Source: an uncultured delta proteobacterium (GTDB lineage Bacteria; Desulfobacterota; Desulfomonilia; UBA1062). Taken from it: a stretch of DNA of 64,000 nucleotides. The translations under genes and the position numbers were made by a program. Location: contig CAWAUM010000001.1 of assembly GCA_963785235.1 (NCBI GenBank), positions 448,001 to 512,000 of the forward strand, in the 5' to 3' direction. Of this stretch, positions 9,810-21,211 are shown one piece after another; within the stretch, counting starts at the first letter, position 1, and every line of letters begins with the position of its first letter. The notes beneath the pieces were generated by a model. That model did not search any database. It saw only the letters and a list, made by a program, of their open reading frames with translations, and was not told where the DNA came from.

Positions 9810-10786
9810 TCACCGTCTGATCTTTCCCGGCAGGATGTAGGGATACGGCCTTTTGAGGATGTTGGTGCAGATGATGCGGTCCAGCCTCCTGAGGGCAAGA
9901 AAGAGTCTCCAGATAAAGGCATCCTCGCGATAGTACGATTTCACCTCGTTTTCGGTTATGGGTTTTATCTTGATGTCGGATGCCTCGTGAACAAAAAACG
10001 AGTTTGCCGCATCAATGAAATCCCTGATGAGATCGGGCCGCTGTTCCTTGTACAGGTTCGCAATAAGGTCGACTGCTACGAGATGGAAATCATAATACCT
10101 GTCCAGGACGCCCTGAAGGAAAAAGGCCCTGATGAGCCATACCAGGAATGACGGGGCGCTACGCAGGAAGAGCTCGGGCTCGAGCTGCTCCTTCCCATTG
10201 ATCCGGATCAGCGGTGTACTCGTGTCGATATAATAGAGTTCTGCATCTGTTTGTGACTGAAGGGGCCGCTGGATTCAAATCCTTCAGCGCCCAGTTGGAG
10301 AGCTGGCCGTCTAGCCCCATGAGTGTTGCACCGCTGTTTGCGTTGAATCTCCACACCTTGAGCATATGCCTGAGGATTACGAGAAAGAGCGTCTTCAATG
10401 AGGCTGTATCGAGACTGTGGAGAAGCCGGTGGCACAGGGACTCGGGCCGCAGCTTTTGCTGGATGATGTAGACGACCATATTCCCGGTCTCTGGATATAC
10501 CCTCGCTGTTGAATATTCAGGAACCATGATGCCGATCTCTTCACTCAGGAGCTTGTTATACTCGTATGAACAGGGCCTCGTACCGATCCATCTCATCCAT
10601 GCTCAGAAATATCGGCATACGTTTAAAGGCCAGGCCTCGCTGGTTCTCCTGGAGGATTTCAAAGATGGTGCTTATCTCCCCATAGCCGAGGATCCTGGCC
10701 GGGATCAGGCTTTTTTCCGGGGCCTTAGGGTTCAGGCCGTGCTCGAAACGATTGAGAAGATCAATGTCTATGCCTTTTTCGATCAT
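9810..10786 (-). CDS. DUF6206-like protein with protein-kinase-like motifs (3 frame pieces)
   Basis: Reconstructed: ILGYGEISTIF, LAFKRMP, VYIIQQKL, GLDGQLSNW, LYYIDTSTP, ...YILPGKIRR-stop. Confidence 0.7.
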
Positions 10787-10796
10787 GGTAACACCT

Positions 10797-12057
10797 TCAG
10801 GCCAGACCAAGAAACCTTTTGGTGTCGTCAAGGGCTTTGTCCACGCGCTCAATAATCTCATAGGCCAGTTCATCATCGATGATGAGCGGGGGCAGGAGCT
10901 GGCTTATCCGCGTATCGTTGTTGGCGTAGATGCTCAGGACACCGTTGTCGTAGCATGCCTTGGTCATGATGGGACCGCAGAGATCGTTTACCATCTCGAT
11001 TCCCATCATGAGCCCAAGCTGGCGCAGGCCCACGAGGATCTCGGGGTGCTTCTTCTTTAAGGTTGTGAACCCTTGGTTAAAGATTTCCGCAAGGCCCTGT
11101 ACGTGAAGGAGGAATTCACTCCGGGACGACTCTTCGAGCACGGCCAGCGCCACCGGGCAGCCCACCTCGGCCCCGCCGAAGGTGGAGATGTGGATGAAGG
11201 GGTTCTGGTGGAAGAATGGCTCCAGTTCTTCCCTGAAGCAGGTGGCGCTCATGGGGTATATTCCCCCGGACAGCCCTTTGCCGATGACGATGATATCGGG
11301 GACTACACCATAATGCTCTATGCCCCAGAGCCTGCCGGTGCGGCCAAGGCCGGTCTGGACCTCGTCCATGATGAGGAGCGCGCCGTTTTCCGTGCACAGT
11401 TCCTTTACCAGGAGGTAGTAGTCCGCCTCCGGGATGGGCATGCCCAGGGTAGCCGGAATGGTCTCGAAGATGACGGCTGCCGTATTGTGGTCAATGGCGG
11501 ACCTGATGGCGGCTTTGTCATTGAAGGGCACCTGGACGAATCCCTGGGGTTGCGGCCCGAAGGGTGACCGGTATTTCTCGTCTCCTGCGGCCAGCGCAAG
11601 TCCGGTATGTCCGTGGTAGCCGCCTTTGGCCGAGATGATCTTGTGCCTTCCCGTGTATCCTCTGGCGAGTTTTATGGCCAGGTCCACTGCCTCTCCGCCG
11701 GATACGCCGAATACGGTGCGGCGAAATGTCGCCGGGCATGAGCCGGGCGAGCCTTTCAGCCAGCAGTGCGCGCTGTTCGCTTATGAGATGGTGGTTGCCG
11801 ATGTCGAGCTCGTCGAGACTTTCCTTGAGAACCTGTATGATCTTGGGATTTCTGTGGCCCAGGTTGAAGACCCCGCCGTTGCAGTGGCAGTTGATGAGCC
11901 TCCTGGTGCCGGTGGCATCCCACACATAGGGGCCTTCCCGCCTGCCGAAGACAAAGTCGATGCCCACGCCGGTGAAGAAGGAAGCCTTGCCGCTGGAGAC
12001 ATGTGCAGAGAAGCGCTCAATGATAGCCTCTTTCGTATCAATGCCGGAGAAATTCAT
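10797..12057 (-). CDS. class III PLP-dependent aminotransferase family (putrescine/acetylornithine AT-like), one frameshift
   Basis: GVFNLGHRNP, GGYHGHT, LIMDEVQTGLGRTG, PDIIVIGKGLSGG (PLP Lys), HISTFGG. Confidence 0.88.
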
Positions 12058-12376
12058 TGCAAGCCCTCAAAGCCTTTCGATAGAGCGAAAGGGATTTTTA
12101 CCTGAAACCCTTTAGATGACCATACAGCCAAACCAGATGTGCGGTCAACACCCTGCAATGTTCTTGCACCTCCCTTGACCGATTTATGGGGTGCAGGTGG
12201 CCGTAAGCTATTCTTCGGGTTTTTATATGCAAACCATGTGATAATTTGTTAATAATCAGAAATTAAAAGGCCATGGTTATTGTGATGCCAAATAGTATGT
12301 CTTGTGGATGCCTGCTGCGTGCTCGAACATGGAAGCGTTGTCCGCTGCCCTTATGAGATTTAAAGGTATTTAACTT

Positions 12377-12676
12377 TTGACCTGCTGGTATCTATACATC
12401 GTAAAAACCGTTGATAACTCCATGTACGCAGGCATATCAACCGATGTTCAAAGACGCTTCAGAGAGCATCTTGCCCAGGGTAAGAAAACCGCGAAATATC
12501 TGCTTGCCCACAAGCCAGTGAGCTTGGCCTTCTCACAAGTGCTCGGAGACCGGTCCCTTGCCCTGAAGGTGGAGTACCATTTCAAAGAGCTTTCAAAAAA
12601 AGACAAGGACAGGATTGTAGATGCGCAAAACCTGATCTTTGAGCCGGAATCTGGACGTATCAGGGTTCCGGACTAG
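12377..12676 (+). CDS. GIY-YIG nuclease family protein (UPF0213/YhbQ-like)
   Basis: WYLYIV...MYAGISTDVQRRFREH..G..AKY, ALKVEY..K. Confidence 0.85.
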   Translation: MTCWYLYIVKTVDNSMYAGISTDVQRRFREHLAQGKKTAKYLLAHKPVSLAFSQVLGDRSLALKVEYHFKELSKKDKDRIVDAQNLIFEPESGRIRVPD

Positions 12677-12731
12677 GGATAAGACGTGTATTGGTTTTTT
12701 TGAAACACAGATGTTACAAAGGGTAATCTCT

Positions 12732-13079
12732 ATGGAAGCAAAGACAGTATATTCGACTGAACACGGAAGAATGTGTGCAAAGTGCAGCCGCGCAATCGCC
12801 CAATGTGAATGCGGCCGCACAAAGGCCGTTCCAAAAGGCAAGGGCAATGTCCGTGTAGGGCTACAGACAAAGGGGCGTAAAGGGAAAGGGGTGACCCTGA
12901 TCACCGGGCTCCCGCTTGACGAAGACGAACTCCAACGGCTTGCAAAAGAACTGAAGCAGAAATGCGGTACCGGTGGAACCGTGAAGAACGGCATGATCGA
13001 GATCCAGGGAGATCGCCGGGCCGTGCTCGTGGAAGAGCTCAAAGACCGGGGCTATCCTGCAAGGCTCTCGGGCGGGTGA
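12732..13079 (+). CDS. yciH: translation initiation factor SUI1/eIF1 homologue with N-terminal CxxC...CxC
   Basis: VYSTE, KGRKGKGVTLITGL, LKQKCGTGGTVK, IEIQGD. Confidence 0.92.
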   Translation: MEAKTVYSTEHGRMCAKCSRAIAQCECGRTKAVPKGKGNVRVGLQTKGRKGKGVTLITGLPLDEDELQRLAKELKQKCGTGGTVKNGMIEIQGDRRAVLVEELKDRGYPARLSGG

Positions 13080-13118
13080 ACACCAGGAACTCATCCAACA
13101 GATAAATGGAGGTTTCAG

Positions 13119-14556
13119 ATGAAGAACAGGTTCTGGTTTCTGCTGATCATTGCTGTTTTTGTCAATTGCATAAGTGCCTGCACCCATTACTCGCTTGATT
13201 CAGCAGGCGCCCTTGGCAAAAAATGGATATCTCATCAGGGATGTAAATGTCTTCACCGCTGTTGCGGGTACCCCGGTGCTTGAGGATATGGATGTGTATA
13301 TACAAGGTGAAACCATCTCCATGATTTCCAGTCAGAGGTTGGATGTCCCCGGGGCAGAGGTTATTGACGGCAAGGGGAAGATGCTCCTGCCTGGTCTCAT
13401 AGACTTTCATACCCACATCACCAGCGGCATGATCATTCCCTGGGGCGATATTACACCGACCATGCGCTTTAACATGGAGGCGTGCCTGTACAGCGGGGTA
13501 ACCGCAATTGTGGACATGAGCGGGAAATCAACGCCTGAGATGAAGGCGCTGACTGAGGACATCGAAGCAGGCAAGCTCGCGGGGCCGCATCTGTTCCAAT
13601 GCGGTATGGGGTTCACCGGAAAAGGCGCGCACCCCATTCCCATGATGGAGGAACTCAAGTCGACTTACCCCTGGTTTGTCCGCCCCTTTTTCCCTGAGGT
13701 TGTGATTCAGGTTCAGGACGTAACCGACATGGAACGGCTTGAAAAGCACCTTGATTCCGATCCTGATTTCACCAAGATCTTTCTCGATGACCTGCCCGAT
13801 GGTACGCCTAAAATGAAGCCGGAGATCGTCAAGGAAATAGTCAAGCGCTCGCATGAGCAGGGTATCCCGGTTGTCATCCACATAGGCAGGAATGAGGATG
13901 TGAAGGTCGCCATCGAAAGTGGTGCAGACGGTATTGGCCACGATGTCTACAAGGAGCCGCTTGATCCGGAGCTTGCCAGAGAACTTGCAAAAAGGAAGAT
14001 GTTTGTTACCCCGACTGTTTATGTGTTCCACAACCTGAATGACTTCATGAACAATAAGAACTACACCCACTATACGAAACTCGAATGGGAAACCATGTAT
14101 CCATCCGGTGTTAGTGCGTTACAGAATCCCAAACCGTACCAAGTCCCCCAAGGGGGCCCGTGGGGTAACTATTATAAGCATTTTAAGGATTCATATGCCC
14201 GGGTGCTGCATCCTAATATCAAAGTTTTGAAGGATGCAGGGGTGACGATCATTGCAGGGACCGATGCACCCAACCTGGGAATTGCAGCCGGCGGCTCGCT
14301 GCATGTGGAGCTTCAGCATCTCGTGGAAGGGGGGCTGACACCCACCGAGGCCCTGATATCGGCAACCTCCACACCGGCGAGGACACTGAAGCAGGTCTTC
14401 CACCGGAATGTGAACTTCGGGACCATTGAAAAAGGAAAGGCAGCTGACCTTCTTCTGGTGGATGGAGATCCAACAAAAAATATCAAGGACACGGAAAACA
14501 TTGTTGCCGTGTTTTATCAAGGGGTCCGTTTAGCCAGATCCAGAACAAATCATTAA
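13119..14556 (+). CDS. metal-dependent amidohydrolase, probable lipoprotein (signal peptide in a shifted frame)
   Basis: LLPGLIDFHTH, VIHI, GIGH, AGTDA, GTIEKGKAADLLLVDGDP. An upstream ATG at 13119 with RBS GGAGG encodes MKNRFWFLLIIAVFVNCISAC. Confidence 0.8.
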
Positions 14557-14667
14557 GAGTGATCAGCTCAAATCTCTGATTCTCCTTCCATTGACCGAGG
14601 GTAGAGGGAAGATTATATTTAGGTTAAGGTATTGAAGTGTCCGAAATGTCTATCAAGGGGGAACCTC

Positions 14668-17600
14668 TTGAGATTCGGGAAAGCCATCATTGCTGTTTTC
14701 ATCGGCGTTCTCATCTTCTTTATTGCTGCGCTCTTCGCTGTATACAATGATGTCAGGGAACGCACCATTGACGATCTGAACATGAATCAGATGGTTCATG
14801 CCCGGCAGGCAGCCCGGGGGATCCAGGATCATATAGCAAACATCATCAGCACAATGGAATTTTTTGCACACCTCCCTGAGATTATTGATATGAGCGATGA
14901 GGGAAAGCGCATCATGAAAGACTATCAGTCCCTTCACGCCGACGAGTTGAAGGGGGTGACCCGGGTCGATGCGAGAGGCCGGATCGTCTATACGTTCCCC
15001 TACAAGGCAGACGCGATCGGGAGGGACATCTCGTACCAGGAACATGTCAGAGAAATCCTTCAGACCCATAAAACCGTGATCAGTGATGTGTTCATGGCAG
15101 TCCAGGGATACAGGACCATTGCCATCCATGTCCCTGTATTCAAAAACAAGGCCTTTGACGGCACCGTCGCATTCCTGCTGTCGTTCGACACCCTGGCCCA
15201 CAGGCACATCGAAAACATCCGGATCGGCAAGAGCGGATACGCCTGGGTCATCAGTAAAAAGGGGATAGAGATATCGTGCCCTGTGCCCGGCCATGTGGGC
15301 AGGAGCGTTTACGATACCTGTAAGGACTTTCCCGACATCATCGTCATGGCCAGGGAGATGATGAAGGGCCACAAAGGCATCACGACCTATCACTTCGACC
15401 GTATCCGCGGGACAACGGTGGAAAAGGTTATCAAGCACGCCGTATATATGCCGATCCCCATCGGCAACACCTTCTGGTCCATCGTGATCGCCACGCCCGA
15501 AGACGAGATCATGACCTCCATGGCAGGCTTCAAGACAAAGTTCACACTCATCACCATGGTGCTGCTTTTCTTCGCCATAGCCTTCACCTATCTCCTGGTC
15601 AAGTCCCAGGTCATGATCCGGGAGAAGAAGAAACGCGAGTCCATCATGGACGCCCTCCAGGAGAGCGAGAAGAAGTACCGGACACTCATTGAGACAACCG
15701 GCACCGGGTTTGTCAGTCGTTGATCATGAGGGCATTGTGCTGGATGCAAACACTGAGTATGTACGCCTCACCGGTTATCAGGAGCTCAGCCAGATTCTCG
15801 GCAGGAGCGTTGTCGAATGGACTGCCGCCTATGAAAAGAAAAAGAACGAAGAGGCGGTTAAAACAGTGCTTTGAGCAAGGCTAAGTCAGAAATCTCGAGA
15901 TCGACTATATAGACCTGAAAGGGAATATCACCCCCATTGAGATCAATGCCACGGTAGTAGAACTGTGGCGGAACACCGAGGATCCTCACCCTGTGCAGAG
16001 ACATATCAGGGCGCAGGCAGGCTGAAGCCGCCCTTGCACCGGAATGAAGACATGCTCCAGAGATCCCAGAAGATCGCACATCTTGGATCATATGCCCTCG
16101 ATGCACAAAAGGGAACCTGGACCTGTACACCCACCTTGGATGAGATATTCGGAATACAGCAGGATTACCCGAAAGACATGCAGGGGTGGATAGCCCTTGT
16201 TCACCCGAACCAGAAGGAGGAGATGCTTCACTACCTTAAAGGGCATGTGCTGGAAGGTCATAAACGGTTTGAAAAAGAGTATCGGATAATCAGACACAGC
16301 GATCAGCAGGAACGGTGGGTTTCAGGGGTCGGTGAACTCGAATATCGACGGGCAGGGGAATGCCACCCGGATGATCGGCACGATTCAAGACATCACCGAG
16401 CGGAAACTCTCAGATGAGGCGCTCAAACAGAGCGAGTCCAAATACCGTATCCTTACTGAAAAGATGGAGGATATAGTCTGGACGGCAGACTTGAATTTCA
16501 ACGTGACCTACACCAGCCCCTCGGTGGAAAAGATCCTGGGATTTTCCATTGAAGACCGTATGAATCAGTCAATCATGGACAGGCTGACCCCGGAATCCCT
16601 TGCCATAGCGAATGATCTGATGAACACACAGCTCCGGCTGGAGCTGGAAGGGAACGCCGATCCCGATAGGACACTGAGGTTGGAGCTCGAGTACTATCGC
16701 AAGGACGGATCAACGGTATGGATGGAGAATATCATCAGCGCCATCCGTGATGATGCAGGGATATTGATGGGTGTCCACGGGGTGTCGCGTGACATAACCG
16801 GGCGCAAGAACTCGGAGGAAGAACGGGAGAGACTCCAGATGCAGCTGATGCAGGCGCAGAAGATGGAGTCCATCGGCAGGCTGGCAGGCGGTGTGGCCCA
16901 TGATTTCAACAATATCCTGCAGGCGATCCTGGGATACACGGAGATAGCACTGATGAAGGCGGCTCCATCAGATCCGCTCTATCAGACCCTGCAGGAGATC
17001 CACAAGGCCGGCAAGCGCTCCGCTGACCTGACACGTCAGCTGCTGGCCTTTGCCCGCAAGCAGGTGGCCAACCCCAAGGTGCTGGACCTGAACGACACCG
17101 TTTCCGGCATGCTCAAGATGCTCCAGCGGCTCATAGGCGAGGATATTGACCTGGTGCTGATCCCGGGGCATGGCCTGTGGAACGTGAAGATGGATCCCTC
17201 CCAGCTCGACCAGATCCTGGCCAATCTGGTCGTCAACGCACGGGATGCCATTGACGGGGCAGGCCGCGTCACCATCGAGACGGCCAATGTCATAATCGAC
17301 AAGGCATATTGTGTCGACCATCTGGAATGCGTTCCGGGGAAATATGTTACGCTGTCGGTGGAAGACACCGGGAGCGGCATGAACCTGGAGACATTGTCCA
17401 ACATCTTCGAGCCCTTCTTTACCACCAAGGGTGTGGGTGAGGGAACTGGACTCGGATTGGCGACGGTGTACGGCATCGTCAAGCAGAACGAGGGCTTCAT
17501 AACCGTTGCCAGCGAACCCGGCCATGGAACAAAATTCACGATCCACTTCCCCGGTATCATGGATACTGTTCGCAAGACACCCATTAAGGCGGATGATGAG

Positions 17601-17984
17601 ATACTGCTCAAGGGGACAGAGACAGTGCTCCTCGTTGAGGATAATGAGGTAGTCCTGGAACTCGGTACGCGTATCCTCGAAGGGCTCGGGTACAAGGTGC
17701 TCTCGGCAGGTATGCCGGGAGAAGCTTTGAAACTGACCGGCGAATATCCCGGAACCATAGACCTCCTGGTCACCGATGTGATCATGCCCGAAATCAACGG
17801 GAGGGAGCTGGCTGACCGCCTCATCTCCATGAGGCCTTCACTCAAGTGCCTTTTCATGTCCGGTTACACGGCCGATATTATAGCCCAGCACGGGGTGCTG
17901 GACAAGGGCGTGCTCTTCATCCAGAAGCCGTTTTCCATGAAGTCTCTGGCGGAAAAGGTCAGGGAAGCCCTCAGACAGGCTTAG
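14668..17984 (+). CDS. hybrid sensor histidine kinase (TM-Cache-TM, three PAS, HisKA, HATPase, REC), several frameshifts and one in-frame TAA
   Basis: Periplasmic Cache-like region, PAS/PAC motifs, LAGGVAHDFNNIL, NLVVNARDA, FEPFFTTK.GEGTGLGL, receiver DLLVTDVIMP...FIQKPF. Confidence 0.85.
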
Positions 17985-18074
17985 ACGACAAGACAAAGAA
18001 GAATCATCCCAATCCATTTTCAAGACCCTTGCATACCCCTTCAAATATTTTATTTCGAAATGAAAAAAACCTTA

Positions 18075-18125
18075 CCCGTTAAAAACATGCATCTTGGTGA
18101 AACCAAGATGCATGTTTTTAACGGG
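18075..18125. repeat. perfect 24-bp inverted repeat between convergent genes (bidirectional terminator or palindromic element)
   Basis: CCCGTTAAAAACATGCATCTTGGT-GAA-ACCAAGATGCATGTTTTTAACGGG, flanked by A- and T-tracts. Confidence 0.9.
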
Positions 18126-18201
18126 CCAATTTTTGGTTTGTATTTAAAGAGATCCTATAGTTGTGCAAAAGTCCCTTTTCAACAAAACCTAAGGTGATAG
18201 G

Positions 18202-21173
18202 TTAAGGCTTTTTCCGTTTTGGCGCCGGTCTGTACAACACCTTGACGATATTTTGCGCGTCCGGGTTGTGCAGGAGGGCCTCGGGATGTTCCATGTAAGG
18301 CTTCAGGAGATCCTTCACCTTGTCACCTAAGAGCACCAAAGATACGTTTGCGGTCTTCATCATCTATCTTCAGCAGGTATGCCGTGAGCACCCTGAGCTG
18401 GGTGTTGATGAATCCTGCGGTCTTCATGGATATACCGTGTACCCGGGAAAAGGCATAGTCCTCATTGACGGCTGCGAAACTGATATCCCGCATGACCATG
18501 TTCCAGCCTTTCGTGCTCTCGGGTGATTCGTCCCTGACCAGGATCTGTTTGATGCGGTCAGTGAACTCGGGCATGATGTACTCGTTGAGTACATCAGGGT
18601 TGAATTCCTTCCCATAGATCTTTTCCGCTTCATACCGGAAACGGTCGGTGAGATTCCTGAGCCATTCGAAGTACGAGGCGTTAACGCCCCCCTGGTTTGC
18701 CAGGAAATCATAGATCACTGCCACTTTGTTTCTTGCCAGGATTATCTCTGCCTTGGAGGTATGGGGTCCGTTGCTGCCGCAGGCAATAACCTTTGCCCTG
18801 ATCTTGGGGAGCATTGTGGATGGTGATGGCATTTTCCAATGCCGCAGGCACGAGGATGTCACATTCCAGCTCCAGGACGCATCCCCCTTCTCTGGCGCCG
18901 AAGATCTTCTGCGTAATGTTTTTTTCTGCATGCATGACTGAGAATCTCAGTCTACGCTCGGCTTCGTTGGCTGAATTGTTCACGGCTCTGAGCAGTTCAT
19001 CCACATCAAGATGGTCCCCGATGACAGCACCACCTGCATCGGCCACGGCAATGACATTGACGCAAAAGGGCTTCAACTCCTGCAGCAATGACCCTCCCAC
19101 CTTGCCTGATCCCTGGACCACGACCTTCTTGTCCTTTAAGAGCTTGGGGTAGATCTCTGTGGTCAGCTTAGCCCACTCATCATCGGTGAGCAGGTCGAGG
19201 CCCTTCTTCTCGATGATCAGTTTTTCCGTTATGGCTGCTGCCTTTTCCAGAAGAGTCTTTTCAGGAGGGGATAACTCTTCGTTCAAAGGCCAGTCGCCAT
19301 GCAGGTACATGTTAGTCGCCATGGAAAGAATGCTGAAGAGGAGCCCTCTGCCTGTAGCGCCGCTCCTTGCTGGGATTCCCATGCGCGGCTTTCCCGTTAT
19401 CTGGGGGGCAACCACCAGTTCAAGATACCTTTCGCTGGTAATGAGCTCGTGCAGTATGCGCATGTCATAGGGATTGATATGGAAATTCTTCTCCAGGAGT
19501 CGGCGCGCCTCTTCCACCGAGATGACCCTGTCGCCGATGATGCTCAGGCTCTTCTTGATGCCCGAGGCCATGAGAGCCAGGTCACGCAGCGCGGACTTGA
19601 AGCCTTCGAACATGTCGCCGATCTCCGGGCCACCGCATCCCACATCTCCGGCCGGGACATCCAGGGAAGGTCCGGTGACCAGGAAGAGCGACCGGCCGAA
19701 GCTGGCCAGCGTGTCGAAGAAATCGATCTTGTCGTCGAAATCTTTAGGGTTCAGAACAATGCCGCCCTTTCCACCTCCGTAGAGGATCTTGGAACGGGCG
19801 CACTTCCAGGTCATCATGAAGGCAAGCGCCGCCACCTCGACGAACTTCACGATGGGGTCGATGCGTAATCCACCCTTGTAGGCCCTGCCGCGCAGAGCAT
19901 TGTGCTTGGTCCTGAAACCGGGTTTATGGGATAGTTCTCCCTTATTTCTGCTGAGCACGAAGAACTCATCAAAATGGTCAAAGGCGAGAAAGAGCCGGAT
20001 GATCTCGTCGCTGTTGTCGAGTCCGAGGAAGGAGAGTCCCTCCATGAAGTCGGAAAAGCCATTGAGCAGGAAATCGCCGATCTCGTCTTGCTTGGACAGG
20101 TCGGTATTGATCCTCATGAGCTCTTTGAGTCCTTCCACGGTCTCGTGAACCTTTTTTTGCGGAAGGCCCGGATCGCTCAGTGAACGTACCAACTCCTCAA
20201 GCCTTTCCTCTATGCGTGCAATGCGGTCTTTTTCCGGGGCAATGACTGATTCGCCTGATATAAAGATCTTTCTCAGGTCCTCTTCAATCCCTTCCAGACG
20301 TGTTGTTCCAGGCACATAGAGCGAGATGATCCCTACCGAGAAGGGGAGATCCGGGCCGGAAAAGAGGTCATAGTATGATCTGCTCAAAGAGATACCTTTG
20401 TTCTTGAAACAGTCCAGGACCGCAATCACCGACCCCACATGGGGATTCATGATGCCTACGGACACCCTGGACTCGCTGATGGCGATCTTGTCTGTGTCGA
20501 TCTCCTGGGACGTATCCTCCCTGGAGATGAAGAGGCTGCCGTCGGCTATGGTGTCTTCAAACATCTTGAGGTGCCGCTTGATCCGCAACGGGTACATGGG
20601 GTTGTTGATCTCTTCAGAGAAATAGCACTCATCAAGGCAGTTCAAAAAGCCTTGGGTATGGCTGCATCCCTCTTTCTCTCCGAAACAGTTCATGGCCCAT
20701 ATCATCTTGTCCAGGGCTTCCTGGTCATAGAGCGGGTAGAGATCCCTGCCCCGAGTTCCTTTTTTCTGGATGGTGATGATCCTCAATCCCGAGCTTGTCT
20801 TTACCGAGTCGAAGGAGGATATGCCCATGTCGGCGTTCTCGCTGATGATCCTCTCCATGCGGCCCGGGAAATCCCTCCCGATATTGAGAAAATAGGTAAT
20901 GGTCTTCCCGTCATTGCTCACCTGGGTGCAGTACTCCTTGTTGGCATCCAGGAGCTGGCTCATGATCACGAAATGGCCTGCAATGTCCGCGGCCGTATTG
21001 CTCAGGAAGTACCACGGCGGCAGGTATTCCACGGAGAAGTAGGATTCCAGTATCTTGCTGGTGGTGTTGATGTCCAGTTTGTGGTCCTGTTCCAGATGAC
21101 CACGGACATCTGTGGCAAGGGACTCGAGATAGCGATCAATGGTTTTTGTGCTGCTTGGGCTGTTGATATTCAT
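18202..21173 (-). CDS. large (~990 aa) Glu/Leu/Phe/Val dehydrogenase with long N-terminal extension (2 frameshifts)
   Basis: GFRTKHN..RG.AYKGGLR, MTWKC, YGGGKGG, VPAGDVG, ITGKP, ATGRG, VQGSGKVG, CDILVPAALEN, ANQGGVNASYFEW. Confidence 0.85.
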
Positions 21174-21211
21174 AAGGCCTCCCTTTTGAAAAAGGCATAG
21201 GCGGTATTTCC

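Noticed and set aside
12226-12242. Possible sigma54 promoter for the PLP/DUF6206 operon (minus strand ATCACATGGTTTGCA)
   Set aside because: The invariant -24 GG is missing.
12377-12676. GIY-YIG gene as a homing endonuclease or defence system
   Set aside because: Stand-alone ~100-aa UPF0213 type, with no intron, methylase or defence partner nearby.
15870-15890. In-frame TAA in the hybrid kinase PAS region, considered as recoding
   Set aside because: TAA is not a Sec/Pyl codon, and it lies among several indel errors, so a base-call error for Tyr is more likely.
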